Notes: generated by a model not told the origin, from the letters alone. DNA of 64,000 nt from Camelus ferus (GCF_009834535.1 NC_045696.1:103666001-103730000), one strand, 5' to 3'. Positions 1 through 11,638 are shown, counted from the first letter of the stretch. Made by a program: numbers and translations.

Positions 1-208
1 GAAGCAGACAATAAAACGACCCAAAGAGAAATCAGGGAAGTAACATTCTAAAAACTAGACACAGGAAATGCTGCTAACAGTATGGGCCTTATGTAAGTAA
101 AAGGCACTGCTCACCCCACCCCCCAGCATTGCTACAACAGAGTAAGTGGGAGACAGCGGTACCATTAAGACCAATTTTAATGCAGTTACAAAGACAGCAA
201 AGACTTAC

Positions 209-283
209 CTTATTATTTTCTACATTATCTCCCTCTTTCAATTTAATAGGATCAATTTCACAGGGTTTTGAGGATTCACATAT
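209..283 (-). CDS. RASA2: RASA2 coding exon (~exon 13), RasGAP domain: [25 protein letters not shown]
   Basis: 75 nt; acceptor TTTTTTCCAG|ATA, donor AAG|GTAAGT; phase 0/0, continues from the exon at 711-825. Confidence 0.96.
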
Positions 284-710
284 CTGGAAAAAAGATTAAT
301 TTTTCCTTTAAAGCTCTTTTCTAAATAATTTGGCAAAATGAAAATAATTATTTTTTCTGATCGTACAATTATAAAAATTAAAACTGTAACAAAGTTTAAA
401 ACCCCCATCTAGAGATAGTGTATACAATATACCTAAAGAACTTATCAAAAAGTATTTTTCATATATTTAAAACTCTATCTAAAATAAATCGGATAACAAA
501 GAAATAATTATGTAGAGTATATACTGCAATGTGCCCTTCAAGTAAAAATCCACTGATGGAAGAATAAATCATTTATTTTATTTCTGAAGTGTTCAGCCTC
601 ATTCATTCAGTAATATATGAGTGGACACAGTATTCGCATCAGTAGATCACTTGATGGAAGAGATGCTATGATAAGGCCAAACTATTCTTATTGGAGGTGC
701 GTTCCTGTAC

Positions 711-825
711 CTCATCTAGAATAGGTTTTAATGTTACTTTCAGGTAGTGCCCTCCCACTATTTTCATCATCTCATCCAGACATCGGGTGGCCAAGGAATT
801 TCCTCTAAAAATTGTGTTTGCATCT
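711..825 (-). CDS. RASA2: RASA2 coding exon (~exon 12): [38 protein letters not shown], containing the RasGAP arginine finger (FRGNS)
   Basis: 115 nt; acceptor TTTCAG|A, donor GAG|GTACAG; overlaps ORF 666..857. Confidence 0.97.
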
Positions 826-1460
826 CTGAAATACAAACAGAAATAAGGTGAAACCAAGTGTAATAATCAAAGGCTGTAAAATCAATAACAAGAGATTTGA
901 CTTTAGTCATATACACAATCTTAGTAATTCTTACCAACCATTCAAAAGCTTGCTACAATTAGGATTTTCAAACTTACTAAAACCACTTATCCAAAATATA
1001 CAAAAATAAGTTAACAACAAAAAGCAAACTGTATTTGAATTACAAAAGTAGAGTGTGTATGTCTAAAACAACAGTGTTAAATTATGACAGCAATGGGAAG
1101 CCATCCAATTGCTCTTTCTGTCACACGTGTGCATGTTAGGGTGCTACACAGCAAATAACGGGAAAAAAAGCTTCTGTCCTGGTGTTTTATTTGTGACAAG
1201 TGAATCATTTAAGATGAGAAACAGGAAATTTTGACAAATGAGTAAAAAAAAAAATCATGCATTAATTGTTAATTCTACTGTTGGTGGACAACTGCTAACT
1301 TAAAAGAACTGCCTTTTATTACTTGCTAAGCAGTGCTTTTCAGACCTCTATAGAGTAAGGCTGGTCAATACAGAAGAATGGAGATCACAAAAACAATTTG
1401 GAGAATTATGGTCCAATTTCAACAGCACATAATTAACTTTTAATAAAATGTAACTCTTAC

Positions 1461-1609
1461 TGTGTATCCTTCAAGTCTAATTCAGCCACTGCAGTAGCAA
1501 AAGGAACAAGTTTATCATGGTGGAGCAGCAGTCGTACAAGGGGCAAAACAGCGTCATTTTTATCTCGACATATTTCACCCAAAATGTAAGCAGCTGAGGC
1601 AGATATCGG
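1461..1609 (-). CDS. RASA2: RASA2 coding exon (~exon 11): PISASAAYILGEICRDKNDAVLPLVRLLLHHDKLVPFATAVAELDLKDTQ
   Basis: 149 nt; acceptor TTCTAG|CCG, donor CA|GTAAGA; manual translation matches GAP1-family sequence. Confidence 0.96.
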
Positions 1610-1919
1610 CTAGAACACAGAAAGGTAGAGAACAAGCAGAAAATCAAGGAAGCATGATTAAATATATATTCAATCACTAGCTTGTAAAAGTAATTCAAAT
1701 ATATTCATTAACTGTAACTGTTGTATAGAATAATATTTAATTTTCTAAATTTTTATCAGAGATGAAATTTGGTGCACATATTGGTATATATACTCTGGTT
1801 CAGATAAAAACTGAAAAAAAAAAACAAAACCTTGATACTCTGAAATCTTTTCCTCATCATTTACAGAATTACTTTAGCTTTTTCCTATTAAATCACAAGC
1901 TTTAAGATTTTTTAAGTAC

Positions 1920-2076
1920 CTGAACATCTGGTGATTTTAGCAGCAAAGTTTTCAAAGGACCATAGTACTCTGAAGGAAGCACGTAGTCTTCTGTATAACA
2001 TATATTTAATCGAAGGGACCCCAGGTCATCAGTTTTAGATGACTTGTTTCCATTGTCTCTTGGTTGTAACAAATAC
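1920..2076 (-). CDS. RASA2: RASA2 coding exon (~exon 10): [52 protein letters not shown]
   Basis: 157 nt; acceptor TTTAG|G, donor CAG|GTACTT; overlaps ORF 1902..2093. Confidence 0.96.
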
Positions 2077-2739
2077 CTAAAGTAAAAACACAATCAATTC
2101 TATGCGATGGTAATGGATATTCATGCTGGTGAGGTAAACAGCTAAGCTATAAAAAAACTAAATTAAAAAAGTCAACTTAATATTTAACATTAGGACAATT
2201 CATAAGTAGCAGGGTATGAGTCTTCAGAGGCTTCATGTTGGTTGCGTATTGAACTAGAAAGCTATAAATAGATTTCTATCCAGGAAACAAAATGTACAGA
2301 TAATACAAAAAGCAAGATCTCAAAAGGGCTGAGTAAGAGTTTGATTAGCTTGCAGGTTAGGGAAAAAAACAAAAAGTAAAACATTTAAAATCCAACATAT
2401 TTTCAAAAATAATTTTTACCAACTAAATTTAAGAAAGAAAGCATAAGTGATCTTGTGTTAAAGTAAATCCTATGTTGTAAAAATTTGAACTTCTATTTTA
2501 AAAGTTAGGGTTGAAAGTTTATAAGAGACTTTCATATTATTAAAGGATTAACAGTACAACTATACTGAAAATGTTTTTATTTGCAAAAATCAGATTTACA
2601 CGAACTTTTTCAGGTAAGTAAAAAGTAAACAATGTATATGTAAAAACAGAGGCAGCTTTAAATATCCAAGGATAGAGAAATGTTTACAAATTAAGAGAAA
2701 CATCTGTAGGACCAAAACCAGAAATCTGTTATTTTTAAA

Positions 2740-3480
2740 GATTTTTTAATGGAAATTTAAAAATACATAAAAAGTAAAAAGAGTAAATACTGAACTCTCA
2801 TGCACCCATCACCTAGTGTCAGTAATTCCCAACTCAATGCTATTCTTGCTTTAGCCATATCTCTACTCACTCCTCCCATTCCACTCCTGCGTTATTTTAA
2901 AGCATTTTCCAGGGGTTTTAAAATTTCATCTATAAATATTTCAGTATATATAACTGTAACTACATAAACAGCTAAACTTTTAAACATCATCATTATCCAG
3001 TCAGTAGTCAACTTCTCCCAAACTTGTAAACAGTTTTCTACAGTCTATTCAAATCCAGGGTTCACAGATTGTAAACATGGTTGATAGTTAAAGTTTCTTT
3101 TAATCTACAGATTCCCTCTAACCACTAATAAATCAGGTGATTTATCTATAAAATTTTCCACATTTGGGACTGTGTTAACTCTATCTCCATGATGTCATTT
3201 AACATGCTCTTTTGTTTCCTCTGTACTTCCTGTATATTGGAGTTAGATCTAAGGGCTTGGTTAAACTCAAGTTTGGGATTCTGGCAAGAACACTTCATTG
3301 ACAGTGTTGTGTAGCTCCATCAAGAGGCACTGATGTCTGATCGTTTCTCTTTTTGTGGTATTAGCAATCACTGATGATCACTGCCTAGAGTCAGTAATCT
3401 GCACAAGTTGCAAAATGATAACTATTTCTATCATTCCTCCTCTACTCATTAGCTGGAATGCTTTTTATAAAGGAGTCAGG
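2740..3480 (-). mobile_element. Old LINE-1 (L1M-type) 3' region
   Basis: Degenerate L1MC/ME-like 3'UTR motifs; boundaries approximate. Confidence 0.55.
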
Positions 3481-3499
3481 AGTTTCGATGTTTGCTTTT

Positions 3500-3679
3500 T
3501 TTCTTATTACCTGATTTATTAGAGAGATCTCTTCAATATAAAAAATGGAGGGGTGGCAGGACTGGGGTTGGGGTCCGGGGCTACACATGGGTATTATGGG
3601 GCCAGCAGTGGCTGCAGGGTTACAGAGGTACCTGCAGCTCGGGGTTTGAGTGGGATGGCCCAAGGGGGCTGTGCATACT
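3500..3679 (-). pseudogene. Candidate 5'-truncated retrocopy fragment of an unidentified GC-rich mRNA 3' end
   Basis: GC-rich island in AT-rich DNA; AATAAA (3515-3520) followed by an A-rich tail; imperfect TSD gatgtttgctttt (3487-3499) / gatgtttaatttt (3680-3692). Confidence 0.5.
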
Positions 3680-4224
3680 GATGTTTAATTTTGGTATTTA
3701 TCACTTATATCCTCCCCTAATAGACTAACTTATTTAAAAATAGAAGGGAGGAGGTTTTAATAGAATATTAGCTTTGAGAAAGACGATAAAGACATAAAAG
3801 AGAACTAGAGAATTAACCAAGCAAAATTTGTAATACAAGGAGAAGAAATTATACAGATATTATATCACTACCCACAAAAGAGGAATTTCATCTCGGAAGA
3901 CAAACCCTTCAGAACTTCTACTCTCTGATTTAAGGAATAATGATTTAAAGAATTTGCCTCTGGAAATAATAGGAAATAAGCCTGTTAGCAAAGGTGACTC
4001 TGGAGTGCCTCCAAGGGAAGTCTAGCTGGCTGATCACCAAGCATCCTGACGTGGGCACTATTTTGGTCAGTTTCCCACAAGGAGGTATATGTTCCATAGC
4101 CTTGCAAATTCTGATACCTAATGCCATCAGCACATAGAAAAGTGAGCCTGAACTGAAATGACTGAGCACAGACACTAGCATACTTACAGTAGAAAGCCAA
4201 TGACTAAGTTTATGAAAAGAAATG

Positions 4225-4302
4225 CAGTTGACCCTTGAACAACATGGGTTTGAAATGTGCGGATCTTGGAACCAATCCCCCATGGATACTGAGGGAAGAC
4301 CA
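4225..4302 (-). mobile_element. Tigger-family MITE (MER8-like), internally deleted
   Basis: Left end cagttgacccttgaacaacatgggtttgaa joined directly to ggaaccaatcccccatggatactgaggga end. Confidence 0.7.
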
Positions 4303-5379
4303 CAACAGTCAAGTGGCAAAGATACCTGCATTTTTTTGTCCCTGACACATTTTATTATGAAAATGTTCATTCACAAAAGTAGGAAGAAGAGTGATAACAT
4401 TAGTAAGGAACACCCTCACCATCACCCCATGCACTCATCACTCGGCTTGAACAGTTATCACCATTTCCCACAGTGTTTCATCTACATCTCTCACTTCAAC
4501 AAATACTTTTTTTTTTTTAAACCTGTTAATACTTAAGTTTTTATGTTTGATCAATATATTTTTTACCTGTTGGTAAGCTATTCGGAAAGCCAAATTATCA
4601 GAAAGTGCTGTGGTGAGTTCAGAGACACAACAGAGATTTAAGTGGTCGTAAGAATCTCTCAGCTAAGACAATAGTTTCTCCAAGGAAAGGATAATGCTTC
4701 TAGAGCAGAGTCCCCTTACCCCCCTGACGGTGCTTCAATGGGCCTTACCCACCCATGTTTGCCTCTGGGGTCCTTTTTTATTGTTCTAGATTAATCTGCC
4801 CCTTTTATTTTAACTGGTGCTTTCCATATATGGTAGAATAAAATTAACTGTATCACAGTTACAACCTGGTTCTGGCTCCTGGGGGCTGCACGTACCCACC
4901 TTAAATAGTGTCCCCATGCTCCAGTCAGACTTACAGACCCTGTCTGGGTTTGTTCGTTAGAAATTATACTCAGAGGGCATCTTTAATTCCATTATCTCTA
5001 AATTACTGGGGGGGAAGGAGCATGCCTTGGCCCTCTGGTACTGTTATAAAACTACAAACACACACAAAATAGGCCTACAGTCCTACATGCACATTCTACA
5101 CAGAGGGATTAAGGCCGTGCTGTACCAGTTATTAATTTTTATGCATACACTGTTTTAGGATGCTCAGAAACTCCAGCAGGGCTTGTGCCAGCCACTCTTT
5201 TTAAACTTGTCTCCTTGGGCTTCTTTGGCAGGATAAGAAATCCCTACGAACAAAATATCTCATCCATGCATACTTGAACAAAATATAGCATTTCAAAATA
5301 TGTCATTGTCCTACCCATTCCCTGAAAAGGTCATTTTTTTTTTTAAATGAGAAAGGACCACTCACTTGGTTTTCTTTTT

Positions 5380-5492
5380 TGAGGAGGGGTGGTAATTAGG
5401 TTTGTTTGCTTATTTTTAATGGAGGTTCTAGGGAATGAACCCAGGACCTTGTGCATGCATGCGCTCTACCACTGAGCTGTACCTTTCTCCCC
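5380..5492 (-). mobile_element. tRNA-derived SINE (vic-1-like, camelid)
   Basis: A box/B box tRNA head on the minus strand; TSD cttg(g/a)ttttcttttt at 5365-5379 and 5493-5507. Confidence 0.85.
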
Positions 5493-5619
5493 CTTGATTT
5501 TCTTTTTAATAATATTTTATAAGCAAGGGGCACTCAAATTTTTTACAGCTTAAAACAAAGTATTTCTGAGTTTTAAACATATTCAAAAGTATTTATGCCA
5601 AAGTACAAATTTACTGTAG

Positions 5620-5835
5620 TACATTGGCTAAGAGCACAAACTTTGGAGTCAAAGAGTTTGGTCCAAATCCCAGCTGTGTGATCTTGGGCAAATTACTTAC
5701 TCTCTCTGTGCCTGTTTCCTTATCTGCTAAATAAGTGGTAATAATGATGTCTAACTGATTTAATTCTTACAACAATCCTAAGGAGGTTATATAAGCAAAG
5801 CACTTAGAATAGTGCCTGGTACACAGTAAATGTTA
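5620..5835 (+). mobile_element. MIR SINE
   Basis: ggctaagagcac..ctttggagtca..tgtgatcttgggcaaattactta..tctctgtgcctgtttcc..aaagcacttagaatagtgcctgg. Confidence 0.8.
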
Positions 5836-6162
5836 TTTATAAAACATTTATATACACTAACTATTACCACTTAAATATATTAAATAATGATAAATGTAGT
5901 TATTTATATAACTATATAAATGTGATTTATTCTTTTAAAACACTGTTACAAAAGGTTCAGTTTGAACCATCTGAACGATCCCTTGTGAATTAAGTAATCC
6001 TGTTTTAATTAGAGTTAAAGAGAAAAACCTCAAGATTTGTTAAACAGAGAATATCTGGTGTGCCTGAGGTCTAAGGATGCAAAACAAAAACATCTCAAAT
6101 ATATTTTCTTCAGTTTCTGAATGAAGTGTTTCAGTTTGAAAGAATAAGAAACAGGAAATAAA

Positions 6163-6226
6163 GAGAAGTCACTAACTGGAGGTGGCATTTAGTTGAGAAG
6201 TCACTAACTGGAGGTGGCATTTGGTT
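6163..6226. repeat. 32-bp tandem duplication
   Basis: gagaagtcactaactggaggtggcattt(a/g)gtt x2, 31/32 identical. Confidence 0.95.
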
Positions 6227-6959
6227 GCTCACACGTATTTTTTTCATTCACAGAGCAGCATAAAAACAATCCTAATGCTCTCAATATTCAGCAGTTTTGA
6301 CAGCCCCTTAATAGAAAGAAAAAATCAGCACTGGGAAAATTTTAACAAGATTTAAATAATTAAAATTGAGCTAGGCAGGGGAAAACTACAACTATTTGTG
6401 AATCATGCTGCCTAAGCTGGGAAGTAATTGTTCAGAGGCAGCTCTACTAATACTTGAATGTTATTTCTGGTTCCAGAAATAGAACCATTATCAATTCTTA
6501 CTGAAGACAGGAGATTAAAGATAGGTGCCAAAATTAGCAAACCAGAAAACCAACTCATCTCCAGTAAATATTAATCTAGTTTTAAATTTGTATAAAGCGT
6601 TTATGTTGAATAAAACTCCATGTTTTATTTACTATTTGAATCTTACTTTCAAACTTAAAACTTACAACATGAAAAGATGTTTGTATCTACTTCCTTAATG
6701 TCCACTTTGGATCATTTGGGGGAAATTACTGCACTGATTTGTACAATCACACAAAGGTTTTGCATACATTAAGTTCTCTGACATTGAGGTAACTAGCGAA
6801 ATGAGATTCAACTAGATTATCACTAAGGTTCTCTTTGTAACATCCCAAACCAATGGACTACTGGTACAAAGGGGGAAAAAAAGCAGCAGAAATCCTAGTA
6901 TGTACTGGCGTGGAATAATGGTGATGACAGCAGCAATAGCTACAATGACAAGAGCACGA

Positions 6960-7180
6960 GTAATACTCAAGGTCACAGCCCCTGTGCTTTCTCTGTGTGA
7001 AGCCACTTCATCTTCTGACCACTTTGGGAGTCCGGTACTATCTGTATTATCTCCATTTAACAGCCAAAGAAAGCAAAGGCATTCAGGTGGAGTAACTTGT
7101 CCAGGGTCACCCAGGTAGTCAACGACAGAAATGGGATCTGAACCAAGGAAGTTTGGTTCTAGTGTCCATACTCTTAACCA
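6960..7180 (-). mobile_element. MIR SINE
   Basis: agtaacttgtccagggtcacccag..gggatctgaaccaagg..ctcttaaccact. Confidence 0.65.
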
Positions 7181-7287
7181 CTATAAAAAGTCAACAAATA
7201 TTTATTGAAGTTCTGCTAAATTCCTAAGTGAAAAAAAGTATAGTGCGTAACATGATACAATATGTGTCCATTGTGTAAAGAAGGGGA

Positions 7288-7397
7288 TAATGGAAAAAAA
7301 TGTGAAAATGAATATATGTATGTATATGCATGGGACATTGTGCTGTACACCAGAGATCGACACATTGTAACTGATGGTATTTCAATTAAAAAAAAAA
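7288..7397 (+). mobile_element. Short LINE-1 3' tip
   Basis: tgtgaaaatgaatatatg...tgctgtacaccagag...cattgtaac...poly-A, similar to the other L1 3' ends in this window. Confidence 0.7.
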
Positions 7398-8649
7398 GAG
7401 AGAAAGGGAAAGAAGGACATGTATGTATTTGTCTGTATTCACATAAAATATTTTCAGAAACTCAAACCTGCTGCCTCAGAAAAGGGAAACTCAGGGTCAG
7501 GGGCAGGAAATAGATTTTTACCTTTTGAACTGTAAACCATGTGAATATATTACCTATTCAAAAAATCAAATCAGCTATTATCTACATGTTAAAGTTAAAA
7601 CTAGCAAATATCAACACTAACAAGCTAATCCTAACATCTGACAGATGTTTCAGAATAAAGAATACATATCATTACTAAGGAACTGACTAGCCAAGAAAGG
7701 AAAGGGAAAGTAATTGAATCATGTCATAATTCGAGAATGAAATTAAATTGGAACCATCAAAATCAGTTTTTAGGAAAAGACTCTAATAGACAAATACCAA
7801 GGGGAAATTCTGTGAAAAAGGAAAGCAAATTGAGGCTTTCAAAACAACAGAATTACATTACATTATTCTAACTCTCATAATATTAAGATTAGAAAGAATA
7901 TCTGAAATTCTGAAGGTAAAGCTTTTCTTGAGTTTTCATGTAGTTACTATCAACCCCACAAGGGGATGCTGCAGTTCCACAAATGACAAAGGAGGCTAAG
8001 AGTTTTAACTTGACTTAAAAGGAAATGACACACATTTTTCTATTTCCTTACAAGTAGGGAAGTATAAAGTAATTAGCAGCTGCTCCCATTTCGTGCTGTA
8101 TAAATTTTAGCACTTATACTGTTGGCAGGTTACTTTTAAAATATTACTGGCAAAAAAAACTATAGGAATAAAGTTAATTTCTGTTTGTCAGTGTTTTTAC
8201 ATCCTGCCAAGGTAGCTCAACAAAGTTTTGCCAGATTTGGAGGGCCTGTCTGGAAATGGTCTTACTTAAAATACAGGCTGTGTGGCACATTTCAAGTCCA
8301 CTTTAAGGGGCCCAAGTCCACAGCAACTCACATTTTATTTTGTAACGAATAGCATGGCGTATAATTTTAAAGACTTACTGAATTAAGTTCAGAAATTTTC
8401 ATTTTAAAATGTATGCTACTTTATGGAAAGTGGAAGAAGACTGGGGGTGGGGGTGGGAGGAAGATGACAAGCTTCAAATGTTCATCAATTTTTCACAGTG
8501 ACAAAGTTAAATTTTTTCCCCTATCTATGAAAATATTTTGGAAATTACAGCATATAAAATACCACCATAAAGACCACTAAATCTTAGACCTGCATTAGCA
8601 AGAGGTAAAAAATAAAATAAAAAACTTTGAGAGTCTAAATATCAGTCTA

Positions 8650-9170
8650 TCAGGGGAACGGCCTGAAGACAACAGAGTTCAAACTGAAGAACGCCTGATG
8701 GCCCGCCCCGTCAGGAGAGGCAGGCTCTTAAAGACAAAGGAGCCTGCTGCCCACAGTGAGAAACATCTAAACACTCAGTTTCAACTTCTCTTCCGGGCGA
8801 CTGAAACTGAGTTTTAAAAAGTGGGCCTTAAAAGGCAAATGAGAAAGGCATGTTGTTTTATATTCGGTTGAAACCCAAGTCTAGCATGAGGGCTGCTGGC
8901 AACCTACTGGAAGGGACAGGATATACATGCTTTTAAGTGGTGCAGATAGGAAAAAACAATAGTTTCACGTTGATTCTGCTACGGAAACTAACGTCAGCTT
9001 AATGTCTTGAACACTAATTTAACATGAGTTTAATGTCACCTAGAAGTCATGAAAAGGTAGAATACTATTGGAGCCAATACTGAGCCACCAGAGCTCCTGA
9101 AAAATCTATTAACTAAATCAGCTTAACAACACGTAGATCCTAGACATTCAGAAACTAACGTCAGGGCCAT
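8650..9170. promoter_or_regulatory. Candidate intronic enhancer-like element
   Basis: GC box (gcccgcccc, ~8701), ETS core cttccgg inside an 11-bp inverted repeat (8773-8812), and a duplicated gaaactaacgtcag with a CGTCA half-CRE; motif evidence only. Confidence 0.3.
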
Positions 9171-9655
9171 CCACAGCGCATTTCAGCTGCAGGGATGTAG
9201 GGGAGGGGAATCACTGGCCAGATCCCATAAACAGCCGAATCTCTACAATAAACCCTTTGCTTTCAAACATCCACAGTTCCCATGACCATTAAAAAAGCTT
9301 CTGAGCTGCAGAGTTGGTTTGTGACCAAGCACCCTCTCACATGGGCAGCTCTTATGTACTGTTTTAAATGGTCTCCATTTTTTCTTTAGAGTTAAGATTA
9401 AGTTTTTGAAGAGAAAAATATTTCTAAACAATTCAGCTCTTTCAACGCAGTACCAGAGGACAAGTCATAAAACTCATATAATTGTACCTATTCTTTAGCA
9501 GCAATAAATTAGGGACCAAATCAATTAATGTTAATGACTTTGGGCTTATTCCATTAAAAATTTAAAATATGCACATGGTAGGCATTTATTTGCATATATA
9601 GTACATTAAAGGGCATGATCTACTATGTAGTTCACTACAATGTCTGTCTTCTTAC

Positions 9656-9757
9656 CAGGCTTGATGAGAGGAATCATTTCTTAATACATTCACAGGAACC
9701 TTAATCTCACCTAGGAAAACATCTTGGACCAGGTTTCCATTGTTCCACAAATCAATC
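9656..9757 (-). CDS. RASA2: RASA2 coding exon (~exon 9), C2B domain: IDLWNNGNLVQDVFLGEIKVPVNVLRNDSSHQAW
   Basis: 102 nt; acceptor TTTTCAG|G, donor TG|GTAAGA; in frame with its neighbours. Confidence 0.96.
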
Positions 9758-9864
9758 CTGAAAATTTAAAAGTGGCTTTATTTTTTGCAAACAATATTTA
9801 AGAGAACACGCAGGACCAAATAGCTTCAAATCACTATGCCTTGTATTATAGCATTAATTTTACA

Positions 9865-10174
9865 GTTCTGGATACTTTCGCCATAAGCATCCTTGTCATA
9901 GACATCTTTGCCTTAAGCATTTTTGCCACAAACATTTCACTGCATAACTAATTGGTCATATGGCAATTTGTCATAAAAGATAAAACAGAGACACAAACAT
10001 AAAATATGAAAAATGAATAACAAAATTAAAGACTGTTGCAAAATACAAAATATCTGAATACATTTAAAATGTGTGTAGATTCATGGCAATACTGTGCAAA
10101 TAACTGCTTTTATTTTGTGAGTTGTACCAAAGCACTCTGTCTTTCAAGTCTTTCATTCACAGTATTTTATACAG

Positions 10175-10206
<32 letters not shown>

Positions 10207-10681
10207 GTTGATTCGTCTCCTTGTTTGGCGTTGCATTTTGCTAAAATTTCTTTCTTTGTTAAGAGAGGTATCAGTTTCCAAACACTAATGCATATTTGTA
10301 TCTGAGTTTTGTATTGCACTAGGAAAGCCTCCACGTTGTTGTTTGTTCTTGGCATGCTGCTGCACATCTGTTGATAGATATTACAAAGTCCTATGGGAAA
10401 CGTGGGTTCTATTCCATGCTTTCGAGGCCCTCAGACTCTTCTTCCTTCAATGTGATGTGTTTCAAAATAAGAAACCAACTCTTTGGGGCAAATCATGTCA
10501 TCTGTCGGCTTGATAAAGCTATCAATAACATTGCTAACTGGAAGAAATGCTAATGCATTTCAACCAGTTGAAAAAACTATCAAGTTATTTTATCTTTCAC
10601 AGCAAAGCTGACTTATGGCCAATTAGTTATGTGGCAAAAATATCTATGGCAAAGATGCTTATGGCGAAAGTACCAGACACG
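9865..10681 (-). mobile_element. Mutator/MULE-type DNA transposon, internally deleted, with transposase remnant
   Basis: TIRs at ~9867-9985 and ~10588-10676; TSD taattttaca (9855-9864) / tgattttaca (10682-10691); degenerate minus-strand translation ALAFLPV..LVSYFE..PTFP..PRTNNNVE..SVWKLI..YLHSIAMNL*. Confidence 0.85.
10175..10200. repeat. (GT)n microsatellite inside the MULE remnant
   Basis: About 13 GT units, read directly. Confidence 0.95.
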
Positions 10682-11561
10682 TGATTTTACATGCTTAAAA
10701 GGGATGTTAGCATTGTCATATATCTCACCATCTAAACTAAGAGAGCAGAATACTGCAGTAGCTTTTATTTAACAGCACAGAAAGTAATTATCTTAAATAA
10801 TCTAAAAGAAAGCATTTAAGCTTCTTAGTTTCAAAGTCTAGGCTTTATTTTAATCTGTAGCAATAAGGACTACAGAGTTACTTTTTTGAATTTGAGAAAA
10901 GAAACCAACACAAGACTACAGTTTCTTTCTCAATTAAAACCAGTTAATATGTAAAGATGGGTGATTTAGAAAAATACATTACCTGATCATTCCAAACATG
11001 TGATTAATACACCCTTTAGATGAACACACTGTTAACACCACACCTATACATGCATTTACAAAACTTTCCCCTCCCAAACAGCATAGATATTTAATACCTA
11101 GGAAATAGCACAAACTTCAAACACATGCACCTGTTGAATTATCTTACAAGACTTCTTACCTCACTGAAATTTCTGTTAGACAGCAGATATGTTAAGAAGA
11201 ATAAAAAAATTATTTCTAAATTGGCTAATATATAATTACTTTTCTACATATTTTTTTCTTCCATCCATTATGCTATGATTTAGAAATTTAGGAGCAATTA
11301 AATTTGGAAAAAATAAAAAATAAAATAGGTGAAAATTAGGTCATCTTTGTTTATCAAATAAATACACCTTGACTATTTCTGCAAGAATACCAGATTTTGA
11401 AAAGATAATTTGGATTTAAATTAGATGCACATTCCTCTAACTTTTATCAATTAACTTGCTAAGGAGAATTCTGTTAGGCTTGACTCACTTTTTTCAGTTA
11501 AATTTAGGATTTTCTTTTGGCACAGTAAAAAAGCAATTCTGTAAAACCACAAGACACATAC

Positions 11562-11638
11562 CTAATTTCTAGCTTTTCAATATCCTCCTCTTCTACCTGG
11601 AACTGGGACTTTCTGGTGTAACTACTGGATCTGGTTAC
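11562..11638 (-). CDS. RASA2: RASA2 coding exon (~exon 8), C2B: VTRSSSYTRKSQFQVEEEDIEKLEIR
   Basis: 77 nt; acceptor TTTGTTTACAG|GTA, donor AG|GTATGT. Confidence 0.96.

Noticed and set aside
3945..4536. ORFs of 141, 71 and 104 aa
   Set aside because: No recognisable protein or splice context; they overlap a Tigger MITE and an L1 fragment and are consistent with chance ORFs.
209..9757. Apparent amino-acid differences from human RASA2 ([20 protein letters not shown])
   Set aside because: The comparison is from memory only, the changes look conservative, and the FRGNS arginine finger is intact; no evidence of altered function.
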